Notes: a model not told the origin generated them from the letters alone. Counted from the whole stretch's first letter, positions 24,873-36,811 are shown. The stretch: 63,486 nucleotides of DNA, filler included, from Rhabdomonas costata (GCA_019059605.1; 57 parts of 57 records of this genome joined end to end with filler, not necessarily neighbours in it); one strand, 5' to 3'. Numbers and translations are program-made.

Positions 24873-26900
24873 GTGTAGACATCGGGAGCTCGAGGGGTGG
24901 GGGGCAGTTACACCCGACTTTCGTCTGGTGGTCCAGATCCACCTTTTCTTTACTTCTCTTCTTACTCGTTTTCCCCCTCTCCTCCGTTTCGCGCACAAAC
25001 ATATACAACTTTATACAACCTTAACATACATTGTCCCAGCATGCCTTTGCTGAGCAGAGCTTGCACGCTGCTGTGGGCTCGGAGAAGTCCCTCATTCTCC
25101 CTTTGTAAATTTTGCGTGTCCTCGTCAGAAGAGTCTCACACCATCGGCTGACACTCTCCCAGAGCGTTCTCAAGCAGGAGAGTAAAGAAATTGCCGAAGG
25201 AGAGAGAAGAAGACCGCGGGAAAGCAATCTCTCATGGCCAACACCGAGTCGATGCATATATGCCTTTGGATCAGGTTCCTAGGGTGCCAAGGGTGTTCTG
25301 CTGACCGGGCGGGGATGGATGCACCCCTCAATGGTTATGAGTCTGAAACTGGCATTGCAGGAACATTACAGGAGAGGTTGTCTCACGTCCGAAAAAGAAC
25401 ACTGCTTTGCGCCGCGGGAGCGGATAGAGACCGTCCTCGACGGGTTCCCCCTCCCTTCTCAAAAGCAGACTGGTGGGAGGCTCGCGCTCTACGGGCTACT
25501 TCCCCACCCTCTGCACCCGCTCTCCTTGCTGTAATTTAATGGGCGTGCTCGGNNNNNNNNNNNNNNNNNNNNNNNNNNNNNNNNNNNNNNNNNNNNTTAA
25601 TTAATTAANNNNNNNNNNNNNNNNNNNNNNNNNNNNNNNNNNNNNNNNNNNNGGGGGGGTTGCTAAGTGTGGCGGTGCACGTGTCCCATGGGATTCCACA
25701 GAGATTACACGTTTGGTGGCGGTGCACATTGGTATCCAACACATTTTGAAGGGGTTTTGGTGGCGGAGCCTTTCCTTGCCCTGTGGTCCCTGCCGTTGCC
25801 TGGATCTGCTTGTCAACCATTCCTGTTTTTGTTTGCCTGTACTTTTTTTTTCTTGTCTTGGGCCTAATGTCCAAGGTGTTTACCTGCTGGAAGGTAAAAA
25901 TTCACTCCCCTATATATATCATATATCATATATATCATATATATATCATATCCCATCACTTTTACAACCGGAGGAAGGGGGGGGGGATGAATTTTCAGTA
26001 CTCGACGAAACCGAAATGGACATCGACAAATACGTGGTTTTGAAACGGAGTTTTGGTGCACAGTCGTCTTTCTTAAGGGCCAAGTGGATTTCATATCTCT
26101 AAAGTGCAGTAACACGAGCTCTACAACTTTTCAGGATGAGTAAGGTCAGCTTCCTGACGTGAAAGCAACGAAAAATCACAACTTTCAACATCCAACAGGT
26201 GTTTTTGGGCTGGTGTGCCTCATACGGTAGGTGTAGACGTATAGATCCACCACCATAGCGCTAATAGTTCAAAATCTATGAATAGATTTATTATTAGTGA
26301 TTAAATTGTAATATAATAAACCGGGGGGGGGGGAATATGGAGGGCAGGAGAGATTATAATCATTTGAAGGGATATGGACGTCCGTGTTTTAGCACCTTGA
26401 ATATACCCCCAGCGCAGCGGAGCTAGACCTGGGGCAACTTTCACCTAAACCCCTGCTTCTAAACATCCCTCCTTCGGGGAACCTGGCAAAATTCACCAGA
26501 CCACCTGCTCAAAATACCTGGTTGTGCTGCGTCATTGCGAGGAGAGAAGGGGTTGTGTGTTTGAGTGCAGTCACGCTGCTTGTAGCCGTTTCTTGGAGGG
26601 AAGCTGGCGACCTGACCGCTTGCTTTCAAAAGAACGCCCCCCCCCCCGTTTTTAAACNNNNNNNNNNNNNNNNNNNNNNNNNNNNNNNNNNNNNNNNNNN
26701 NTTAATTAATTAANNNNNNNNNNNNNNNNNNNNNNNNNNNNNNNNNNNNNNNNNNNNTGTAGGCTCTGGTTATTGGAGGATTTAAGCCGATGAGGCCCAT
26801 GTCCTCGGCGCGGTGTGCGGATTCCTTTACTCGAGCACTCGCGTGAGCACTAGTTACCGCTCAGTAATTTTGTGCGTTCTCCACTGCACTCCACGAACAG

Positions 26901-27437
26901 GTGGTGGAGCACTACCTGGAGCATCTGTGGCAGTGGGGAGACCGCCAGCACGCCTTCCTGATGATGACGGAGTTTGCACAGAACCTGATAAAGAGCGCCT
27001 CTGTGAATGACCTGCCCCTCCGAGTACGTGCGTGTTTTTTCAACTCGTTTTTTATCAAGACCGGCCACCTTTCGGGGTGTCCAGGGACAACAGGCACCCA
27101 GGGATGACCGAGCGTAGAAGGATGAGTGTTCTCTCAGTTGGGGTGTATCGGTGGCCCCAAAAAACACCATTACATTGTTGTGTAAGGGTCCCAAGAGCGG
27201 GTCGGAGGTGAGGGTGAGCAACGCAAGAAAAAGCTTTCGTTCCTCTTAGTTTTGCTCTATGGCTGTTCTTAGGCGAGGTGCCACCTGAAGCTCGGGGAGT
27301 GGCAGCAGGTGCTGCAGCAGTCCCGCTTCGCCGACGACAGCCTCCGCCACCAGGTCCTGCTGAACATGAAGCGGGCCACAGAGCTGGACCCGAAGAACTC
27401 CAAGTGCTGGCATGCCTGGGCGCTGGCCAACCAGAGG
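26901..27437 (+). CDS. TOR: TOR-family PIKK, FAT-domain exons 26901-27023 and 27273-27437
   Basis: ARCHLKLGEWQ...VLLNMKRATELDPKNSKCWHAWALAN resembles TOR ARCFLKLGEWQ...ATEHD..WYKAWHAWA.MN; in-phase GT-AG intron. Confidence 0.8.
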
Positions 27438-28676
27438 GTGCGTTGGAGTGTCTCTCCCTCCTACTCGCTTCGTGCTCTCTTCCCTTATGCGGTGCCGGTA
27501 ACCACTTGATTCAGTTCGGTATGACATTTTCCATGTGCAATGGAAGGTTGGGGGGGGGGGTAACTATTTTTACTATGGGAGCATATTTTAAAAAAGTAGT
27601 TTAAGCCCGTTTCCCGGCTCCGGCCGTGGCGCGAACTGGCCTTCGCCCCTAAACTAATGCTGTCCTACTCGTCCGACCATATCCGAGCAATTGGCAAGCC
27701 TTAGCCAGCAGTAGTTTTCAGCTGCTAAGCAAAACAATCATCCAGGGGGCACTGGCAAAGCTCACAAAAAACCNNNNNNNNNNNNNNNNNNNNNNNNNNN
27801 NNNNNNNNNNNNNNNNNTTAATTAATTAANNNNNNNNNNNNNNNNNNNNNNNNNNNNNNNNNNNNNNNNNNNNTTTTTTGGGGACGTTATCCTTTGACCC
27901 TCTCTGGTCGAATTCCAGGGAATGCGCATCGCTAATTTTGTGCGGAAGTGTGCATTTCCCTCTTAACTCCCGTGATCCCAAACTGTTGAAGCCCCACTCT
28001 ACAGAAGGAGCCATCGAACATGCTTCAAGTGGTCACCTGCATATGCAAGTTGGTTTTGCATATGTGTGCGCACCGCGCAGGTCGTCGCTCTTAAGAACAG
28101 GCACTACGAACTCTTTGTCTGGATTGCGAAGAACACCCCTCAGCCAGAGTAGCAACATTGATCGTGGACCGATAGGGGGTGGGGCTCCTCCAACCAACCC
28201 CGGGCTGCTGATGGCGCGTTGCTCGTGTTGACCGCATGAACTGTGCAGGGTTTTTTCGTTGCGTAGGAGGCTTCTCGGACTCCGCTGTTGCTCTAAAAAT
28301 TGCATGGCTGTATTTTTGTGCATGTTTACAGTTTTGTCTTTGTTGGTGCTTGCACATTGTCCTGCTGTGGGTGAATGGTTGGGCATCTGTTTTTTTTTCG
28401 GTGAGGTTACTTGTTGAGCCTGGAAAAGGATGTGTGCCCCCCGCCCGAGGATCCGAAAACAAAAACTGATGGAGTATTATTAACTGGGGAAAGAATTTGG
28501 GAAGCTTTTGGAAAGAATTTTACTCAGTTCCATCTGAAAAATCATGGAAGTGGATCCAACAAATCCGGGATGGGAACTCTGAGGCTTGGATTCGGGGAAC
28601 AAGAATTGTGCTGTTCTTCCCTGTTGTCGAAGATGTGCAGCCGTGGGCATTTTTGTACTTTATTTTTCTCACCACA

Positions 28677-28780
28677 ATGGATTTAGAAACAGACCCTCAG
28701 CGGCTGCAGCACCGAAGGAAGCAAGTTGCGTTCGGTTTAGCCACAGCAGGCTACTGCAACTACGCTGCGTGGATCCAGAA
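28677..28780 (+). CDS. First exon of a histone stem-loop-binding-protein (SLBP) RNA-binding-domain-like protein
   Basis: MDLETDPQRLQHRRKQVAFGLATAGYCNY resembles SLBP ETD..RL..RQKQI.YGKNT.GY..Y; probable donor |gtatc. Confidence 0.65.
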
Positions 28781-28989
28781 GTATCACCTGTTACGTCTTT
28801 GTCCAACTTTGGAAGTCTTTCTTAGTTGATGCCTTGTTTCCTTTTGTGGTGAAAGGCACGGCCCTTCAGGAGTGGAAATCACCCCAACCNNNNNNNNNNN
28901 NNNNNNNNNNNNNNNNNNNNNNNNNNNNNNNNNTTAATTAATTAANNNNNNNNNNNNNNNNNNNNNNNNNNNNNNNNNNNNNNNNNNNN

Positions 28990-29066
28990 GGTTGTTGGTG
29001 TTGGTGTTGGTGTTGGTGTTGGTGTTGGTGTTGGTGTTGGTGTTGGTGTTGGTGTTGGTGTTGGTG
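28990..29066. repeat. (GTTGGT)n hexamer microsatellite at contig start
   Basis: About 12 tandem copies; G/T-only composition. Confidence 0.9.
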
Positions 29067-29389
29067 AGCTTATCTTGTGTGTTTAGGAGCGAAGAGAGAA
29101 GCCGCGGCGTTCGAAGGAAAAGTGTGGTTGGGGCATCCAGCGGGAGCCCGTGGTTGAGCGTGTGTGTACATCTTGGGTCATGGGATGTCATGTGTCTGTA
29201 TGTATGCTGTATCTATGTTGAGCGTGGGATGGGTTGGATGTGTGTCGATGTTGGTCGCTGTTGGTTCTGGGGCTGGGTTTGGGTATGTTCCGTGTGGCCC
29301 TGTTCCATAGGTTTTGATTCGTAACGTTTTGGATAGATATGCGCGGGTCGCAGACGTTTTGGCAATGACTTCCGCTGTCTTCTCCGCAG

Positions 29390-29496
29390 GGCGTGAATTG
29401 GGTGCTTGTAGTGGGCACCAACGCCGCGGAGTGGAACGCTATGGTGAACAGCGGTCTCCCCTTGACCGTGGGGATGGTTGTGGTCGTCATCGTCGG
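29390..29496 (+). CDS. Exon of a membrane sensor-type protein (end of a Cache-like domain plus TM helix)
   Basis: cgcag|GVNWVLVVGTNAAEWNAMVNSGLPLTVGMVVVVIV|gtacg; the G..W.LVV strand followed by a TM helix is typical of dCache sensors. Confidence 0.4.
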
Positions 29497-31222
29497 GTAC
29501 GATGGCCGCCCATCCCGTCCACAATCCCTGTGTCGCCTTCACTGCTTCTGGCTGCAAATCGCATGGCGCAGCTCAAAGTCCCCTCCCAACTCCATGATGA
29601 TTACTTCCTTTTTTTCTTCCCTTTCACGGAGCAGTCACTGCTGGGTTTTTTAGCAATCCCTGCAAGCATGGTTTCTGATAAGACATTGCATTCACAATGA
29701 GGATGGGGGCGGGGTAATTGGGTGACGATCGCGTATCATCCGAAAGGATACACAGCACAGCAGCTCTGAGGGTACGCATCATATTGTCCTGCTTCACTTT
29801 AAAACTGCGAACTGCTATATTTTGCCCAAAGGTGACCTTTTCGGACTTCTTAGCGAAAAAACAGAGAGAAAATGAAAACTTTTATACAGATGGGATATCT
29901 TTTCCCCACTTTGCTTCTGTGGGTAATTGTCTCGCATGCTTCCTGATTGGATGCCCAAAATTCTCACTTTGATGAGAAAGGGACCAGATTGCCCCCCCCC
30001 CCCCACNNNNNNNNNNNNNNNNNNNNNNNNNNNNNNNNNNNNNNNNNNNNTTAATTAATTAANNNNNNNNNNNNNNNNNNNNNNNNNNNNNNNNNNNNNN
30101 NNNNNNGTTTTTTGGGTTAAAACCGATCATTCCTTCGCTTGCTTAGCATTTTTGCGTCTTTCTTGATTTCTGTGTCTGGTGTTGTCCACTCGAGTTGCCC
30201 TGGTTGGTTTTTCTCCATCGCTGCCTGCGCCTTGGCGCGCAAATAGCCGCTTGCCACTTTTTGCCCGTGCCACGCGCCCCCTTTTTATGCCATTCGCTTT
30301 GCCTCAGGCCGCTTACTTTTGTCCCCGTGCCCCACGACTGGTTTAACCAACTGCTTACTACCCAGGCTTACGTTTTTTTTTGCCCCTATGAAATTGCTTT
30401 ATGTTGCCTCCAATTATTTGCCTCCATTTGCAAGGTCGGCAACCCCGGCCGCTCCGCACCTTCACACCTACAATAATTCAATCGCTTTTGCACGGCAATC
30501 TTCTGTGAACTTCAGAGGCAAAACCTATTGAAATGAAAATTTGCACAAAATTCAGTACAAAGGCTCACCACATCCTCGAATTCATAAAAAATAAATTGGA
30601 AAATGTTCGCCATGTTAGGAACACCTAAGCAATAGTTTCTCACCCAATGAAACGTTGTCAGGAACGACACTTCAGAAGGGAGGGACCAGAAGATCACGAT
30701 GCCAGAGCGCTGGAACGGACGCCGAGAATGCAAATAAGTGATGAAATAAGGTTTAAAACGGTGTTAAAACTGGAGACGAGAAAGATGGTCTGGAATAATC
30801 GTCGTCAGGATTCAAGGAGAAGGGTACCAGGACCCATTGAAACCGTATGTGCGTAGACAGGCAGACGCAAATTATTTGAAGGAGAAATCGAGCGCGGTTT
30901 GGATTGGGTGAAGTGTGTGAAAGACGGCGTAGTTATCGGTGAAGACGCAAAAAAATGTTAGGCTGTGAAGTGCGGCCTGGCGCAGGCTGTGAAAAACTGC
31001 GCAAAGTTCAGCGTTTTGTTGCGAGGTGACCCATGTTGTGGTGGAGGTGGATGTTGCGAAGTAACGTGCCGGAAGGACGAAACAAGGAAACCGAATTCAC
31101 GGCTAGTGTAATCAACCAAAAANNNNNNNNNNNNNNNNNNNNNNNNNNNNNNNNNNNNNNNNNNNNTTAATTAATTAANNNNNNNNNNNNNNNNNNNNNN
31201 NNNNNNNNNNNNNNNNNNNNNN

Positions 31223-32075
31223 CATAAGTTGGTTAAGTTGGTTGGGCTGCTGTAGGGTTATGCGGGTAATGTGGTTGCTTGTTAGGGGTTGTCGTTGCTG
31301 ATTCGTTTGGAGTTGGTCTGTACGGGTTCTGGTTTTGTGCGTGGTGTCAAGGAGTGTTGAATATAGAGCGGTTGGATCTCGGCTCATGGTATCGTCATGC
31401 TCTTCTTGTTTGTGATGCCGGTTGCTATTGGTGGGTAGGGTAACTAGTTGCTTTCTTTGTTGTCCTTTGTTTTATTTGAAGATGCCTCGTATGAATGGTT
31501 TGTCGTTGGTGTTGCTGGTTGTGGCTGTGGTTACTGCGTTGTTTGTGGAGTGCGGTGTTGTTTGTGCGTCCTTTGTGCTCTAAATGAACTCTCTAGCCTC
31601 CTGGTTTCTCGTGATGGTGATGTGTTGTGTGTGGCTGCGGATTTGTCTGTGGTGTGCGTACATTGCCTTCGGGTTTGAGTGCCACAAACTAGCTGGCTAC
31701 GGTTCGGCGTGGTCGTCATCGTGGGTTGAGAAGTATTCCTGTGTATATTTGGTCCCTTATGGTCACTGTGTTCTTGTTGGTGGGTTCTCTTCCAGTGCTG
31801 GGTGTGCTTTCGTTGGGTGCTGTGTTCGGATTTGTTTGTTGCGTTGTGAGGTATGCCGGGTTTCTTGTTTGATGTGTCGATCTGTGATGGTGCCGCGGTT
31901 CTTCAGGCGTTCCTTCTACATGTGGTGCTTGTTTGGTGTTTGGTGTTTGGTCCTATGCACAGTCCTATGTGTTCCTAAGTTCTCGGATGTGAAGTTGCCG
32001 TTTGTGTCCATGGGGTTGTTGGGTTCGGTGTTGTTGTTGCCGTCTGCCTTCCTGGTCTTGCGTCTCCTCCCTGGT
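31223..32075 (+). pseudogene. cox1: Mitochondrial-type cytochrome c oxidase subunit 1, euglenid-like; degenerate and internally deleted copy using TAG at Tyr and TGA at Trp positions
   Basis: Cox1 motifs appear in the correct order across frames: HK..GLL*G, SLLIRLEL, VRGVKE, I*SGWISAHGIVMLFLFVMPVAIGG*GN*LL, MPRMNGLS, (TGA)TL*PP, SRDGD...DLSVVCVHCL, N*LAT, VYIWSLMVTVFLLVGSLPVLGV, VLSLGAVFG, FGPMH, VPKFSD...GLLGS. No introns; strongly T/G-rich and A-poor, unlike the nuclear exons. Confidence 0.95.
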
Positions 32076-32349
32076 GCTGCGTTGAATGTCTCGGGTCCTG
32101 TTGTGTCCGCAGCTGTGTCTCTGCGTTTGATTGCTGCTCCTTGCTATCCAGCTTTGCACTCCCAAGAATGTCTCCAGGTATTGCGCTCGTAGGTCCCTCG
32201 CGCGTGCATTATTGTGGTTGTTGTTAGTGTTAGTGTTANNNNNNNNNNNNNNNNNNNNNNNNNNNNNNNNNNNNNNNNNNNNTTAATTAATTAANNNNNN
32301 NNNNNNNNNNNNNNNNNNNNNNNNNNNNNNNNNNNNNNGGGTGTGGGGC

Positions 32350-33149
32350 AGTAGCACCAAAATGGGAAGCAGCAGGGTGGCAATCGCGAGGACTAGGCAG
32401 GCAGCCATTGCCCGGGGAAAGCACCGCGCAGGCTCGCTGACCTCCTCCGCAATGTGCCCTGCGGCATCGAAGCCGCTGAGGTTCCACGTCATCAGCGGTA
32501 CCAGCTGCACCCACTGCACCTGCCGCGGAAACACACCAGAGCAGGCTTTGCACTTTCCGCCAGGGAGATGCATGGGTTTTGGTCTTCCAAGGATGAATTG
32601 CCTAATGCGTGAAGATGGGTCAAGTCACCTGGTAGAGATTCACATAATCAAAGACTTTTTCTGCCGACTAAAGAAGCAGTTCATAATTTTTTATATCGCC
32701 CGCCCCCCACGATGCATTCGGCACAAGCCACCGAATGATGCCCACCGGATCAGCTTCACATGCACACAATCTCACGCATCTCGATGTGTGCATTCATGAA
32801 TTCGTGCATTGTGTGGAAATGTAAGTTTTGTTACCAATGAGTGATAAAGCATTACTTTTTTTTCGCATCACAATCTCCAGTGTTCTCTCCAGTCGTGCAC
32901 TTTGCACTTCACCCTCTCAGCTCACTAACAGCAACAGGGACCTTTCCAGTGCAGTCCAGCCAGCGGATGGGGGAGACCCGAGGGAGGCATGCGACGACAA
33001 GCGCGCCGAAGGGAAGCAGGCAGACGACCATGAAGGCAATGCTTGCGCTGCCCACCACATCCACGCCCACAATGTTCAGCACCATACAGCACAGCACCAC
33101 GACGGCCTTCACAGCACCGGCAGCGCCCCACGGTAGCTCCCCAATAATC
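32350..33149 (-). CDS. APC-family amino-acid/polyamine permease, exons 33149-32942 and 32519-~32350
   Basis: LNIVGVDVVGSASIAFMVVCLLPF and WNLSGFDAAGHIAEEVSEPARCFPRAM are signature segments; in-phase GT-AG intron. Confidence 0.9.
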
Positions 33150-33763
33150 CTGCATGTCCAAGTGGTGAAAGGAATAAAATGAGGGCCTCATTCCTCAATC
33201 CTCATTCCCAAATAGTTACACTCAGTGCACCTGCGAGACAAACCGAAGACAGCTGCGCATTATAGTGGGGACCATAGTGGGAACCGCAATTCGCACAGTC
33301 GTATAGACAAATTCGTCATCTAGGGCAAAAAGGCCAAAACACCCACCCACCACNNNNNNNNNNNNNNNNNNNNNNNNNNNNNNNNNNNNNNNNNNNNTTA
33401 ATTAATTAANNNNNNNNNNNNNNNNNNNNNNNNNNNNNNNNNNNNNNNNNNNNGTGTGGTGGGGGCGACATCCTATGCATGTTTGCTGTGGCATCCTTTG
33501 CATCTTTTTCTCTGCAGCCCCATGTGTTAGGCGAGATGATATAACGACTTCTCCGTCACCTTCCCCATGCGGAAAGACCGCAATAACAGCAATGAGTGCG
33601 GTAAGAGGTCAGACTTGACAAAGACCTCCAAGCTGTGAGCTGGTCTTGGTTGACGAAGTGGATTTTTTTTTCAGTTTGGTGTCACACCTATTTCCTTTGG
33701 GGGGGCGTTAAACCGTTTTACGGCGTTATACGCCTGCCTGCTTGTGTCTCTCTCTCTGCCAAG

Positions 33764-33987
33764 GTACGCCAACGGCGACGAGTACAGTGGCGACTGGCAA
33801 GACGGCTACTGGCACGGACTGGGGACGCTCCGGTCGGTGAAGGGAGAGGTGGGTGACCTTCACGGAGGCTTCACTTACACGGGAACCTTTGTGCGTGGCC
33901 TTCGCCACGACATTGCAGCGCATTGCGTGTTTGAGGACGGGACGGAGTACAAGGGGGAGTTTTGCAACGGCGCCATCTCCGGCATAG
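33764..33987 (+). CDS. MORN-repeat protein exon
   Basis: YANGDEYSGDWQDGYWHGLG, YTGTFVRGLRH and FEDGTEYKGEFCNGAISGIG, with AG/GT boundaries. Confidence 0.9.
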
Positions 33988-34187
33988 GTGTGCACTTTCG
34001 ATGTTTTTGAGTGTCGCTTGTGCGCATGTTTGGGAAGTCATGTGTTCATCGTGTTCTAAACGAATGCCTTTGTTGATGATCTGCCCAAGCGCACATATAA
34101 TCTAACCCCAGGTGGTATGTGAGTACACACTCCCACTCCGTGGGTGGGTAACGTCCCGTAGCGTCCTGTGCGATTTGTTTTGCTCAT

Positions 34188-34469
34188 CTGCTGCTCATTC
34201 ACTGGATGAAAAGGGAGCAGAGCTTGCTTTCCGCATTTTCGTGCAACCGCCGTCTTGCGCCCTTTCAGGCCCTTTCGAGCCTCCTGCTACACGCAATCCC
34301 TGCACCTGGTATACCGCACGTGTTGGGTATGAACTGTTCTCGGTATGACGTGCAATTGCGCTCCGTTACACTCGCTTACGTTTGACGAACGCCTGCTGCT
34401 CATTCACTGGATGAAAAGGGAGCAGAGCTTGCTTTCCGCATTTTCGTGCAACCGCCGTCTTGCGCCCTT
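34188..34469. repeat. ~77-nt direct repeat, period 205 nt, running off the contig end
   Basis: ctgctgctcattcactggatgaaaagggagcagag...cgccctt occurs at 34188 and 34393. Confidence 0.9.
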
Positions 34470-36811
34470 NNNNNNNNNNNNNNNNNNNNNNNNNNNNNNN
34501 NNNNNNNNNNNNNTTAATTAATTAANNNNNNNNNNNNNNNNNNNNNNNNNNNNNNNNNNNNNNNNNNNNGGTTTGGTGTACCCCTCGTACACTTCTCGTA
34601 AATTGCCGGAAGGCGCTGCGTGCTTTTTTATTAGGCTTTTTGAAATCTCGGGTCACCTCCATTGTTTTTGCAGCGACTTTGGTTCAAGCCGAACGAGCCA
34701 GGCGTGAAGGCAGTTTTCGAGAACCTTGTATCTCCTTCAGTTTGTCGGCAGGAATGCTGAACATTTTGTTGGCCAGGGGATCCACACATACTGGTTCGCG
34801 GTGGGACAAGGTAAAGAACTCCGTAAACGAGAGCACGCAGCCTGGACAAGGCGAAAAATACAGTGCGGGGGTGGCATTTAAAAACTCCGCTGCAGCGAAG
34901 CTTGGTCAAGGAACCTGCAAATATATCATCACAACGGCCTACAAAAGAAGACAAATACCAGCCATAAGAGCATCCACACAAAGTTCTACAGCGACTTCCT
35001 TGGCGGCAGCACGCGCCTTGGCCTCGGCATCGACTTTGACTGATTCTGCGCTGACGAGCAGGTCAACGGGACTTGGAGCACTAAACAAACCGCCGAAAAA
35101 CAAAAATACGAAGAACAGATCCCACAAGCAAACAAAGTGAACCAGCATGAAGAGCAAACCCGCTTTTCGGTGATTTCTTCTCCGAAGAGGATGCGGATGC
35201 GCCCAGCCGCTTTTCATTTGACGACATTTCTCGGAACAGAAAGTAAAAAGTGTGTGGCCTTGTAAAAATGAATAAAACCCATCGGCTCTGTTGTAACCTT
35301 TTAGCGTCTTGGCGATGTGCTTCAAAGCACTCATACAGCGAAACTTCGTACGAATCAAAACGGGGCAACACAAATACACTCAGACATTAGGGACAGGACC
35401 GATCCTATATACCCCATTTCGGAAGCAAAAGGTGCTGAGGGTCCTATCGACGGTGCATTGCAAATGCCATCAGTATCAACCAGTCGATCAAGTTCAGTTG
35501 GTCAGTTGCAGATGCAATGCCTCTAAGGAGCGCACACTGTAGCAAACGCTAGCGCCCCGCCCCCCACCACCCAAACACACCAACANNNNNNNNNNNNNNN
35601 NNNNNNNNNNNNNNNNNNNNNNNNNNNNNTTAATTAATTAANNNNNNNNNNNNNNNNNNNNNNNNNNNNNNNNNNNNNNNNNNNNGTGCAGTAACATTTG
35701 TTTCCACGAAGAAAACATGTATATTTACTATTTCCAGGCATTTTTCAAAATACTCTGCAGAGTGTTTTTAGTTGAGAGAGTGGCGTGTCTGCGGTTGGTC
35801 TGGAAAGTAGCGTCAGAGTCGTTCAAACCACAACCGAGAGGTGGGTTGGCGTGGAGGCAGAGGGAGAGAGGGAGAGGGTGGGATGCGCCCCAACCCCGCA
35901 AAGATGCCCATTTGCCGAAAGTATTCCGCCTGCTTGAGAGTGCGCGCTGCTGAGCTGCAGCTCTACAGCGACAGCCACCCTTTGCCAGCATTGACGCTGA
36001 GGCAGGAAATCTCCTGGAAATCCCCCACAAAATTTCCTAAATCGAGGGCATAATGAAAAGAACCTGCACTTACAACGTTTAATTGAAAGCTTGAAAAAAT
36101 GCACGATGCAAGTAGGATAGTCACCGGTCCCTGTTTGATCTTTTTCAGGACAAACAAATTTTGGGTCTCCAGTTTCCATGCAGCTGCCATTGGACAATGT
36201 TAGTGTATGACGTTCTCCTTGGGATCGATTCGTTACCCCCCCCCCCGCTGGGTAGCAGATGCTACGGGACTCAACCGTCGATAGTAAACGGTCCGTCGGA
36301 GTTTCGGCGACAGCAAACGCTATCTCCGGTGCTTTTGCTGAAAGTTCCAAGTTATTGAAGGTATATCCCTTTCACACACCCTGACCCTCCTTGCACTTGT
36401 CAACATTGGACACAGTTACGTTCCAAGTTTCATAAAATGGAACCCTGGAAACTTTTTGCTTGCTTCACCTTTGTCAGTTTTGAAAATAGTCCACTGTTTT
36501 CCTGAAACAGGCGCAATTGAGGTACTTGTTTTGCCTCAGTTGCCTTCTGTTCAGGTTTCAATCTGCGTGTTTTTTTTGCCCTGTAATGGCAACTGCATCC
36601 GCAGCAACCGCGCAAAAGCCAGCCGGGGATTTGGTTCCTGCCACCGTTGCTTCTGCAAATTGGTATCGCTGTGTCTTTTCCAAGGAAAGATGCGTTCCAG
36701 TTNNNNNNNNNNNNNNNNNNNNNNNNNNNNNNNNNNNNNNNNNNNNTTAATTAATTAANNNNNNNNNNNNNNNNNNNNNNNNNNNNNNNNNNNNNNNNNN
36801 NNAAGAGGTAG

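Noticed and set aside
28990-29066. (GTTGGT)n as a telomere or a poly-VL ORF
   Set aside because: It is not TTAGGG. It is a simple repeat or primer-favoured site, and the ORF is spurious.
31223-31806. Pan-edited (U-insertion) cryptogene explanation for the cox1 frameshifts
   Set aside because: The sequence is already T-rich, and several gaps need non-U nucleotides or large segments. Decay or recombination explains it better.
31584-32192. 202-aa Cys/Val-rich ORF in the supplied track
   Set aside because: It is mostly an off-frame reading of G/T-rich cox1 sequence; only the part from about 31971 is in the Cox1 frame.
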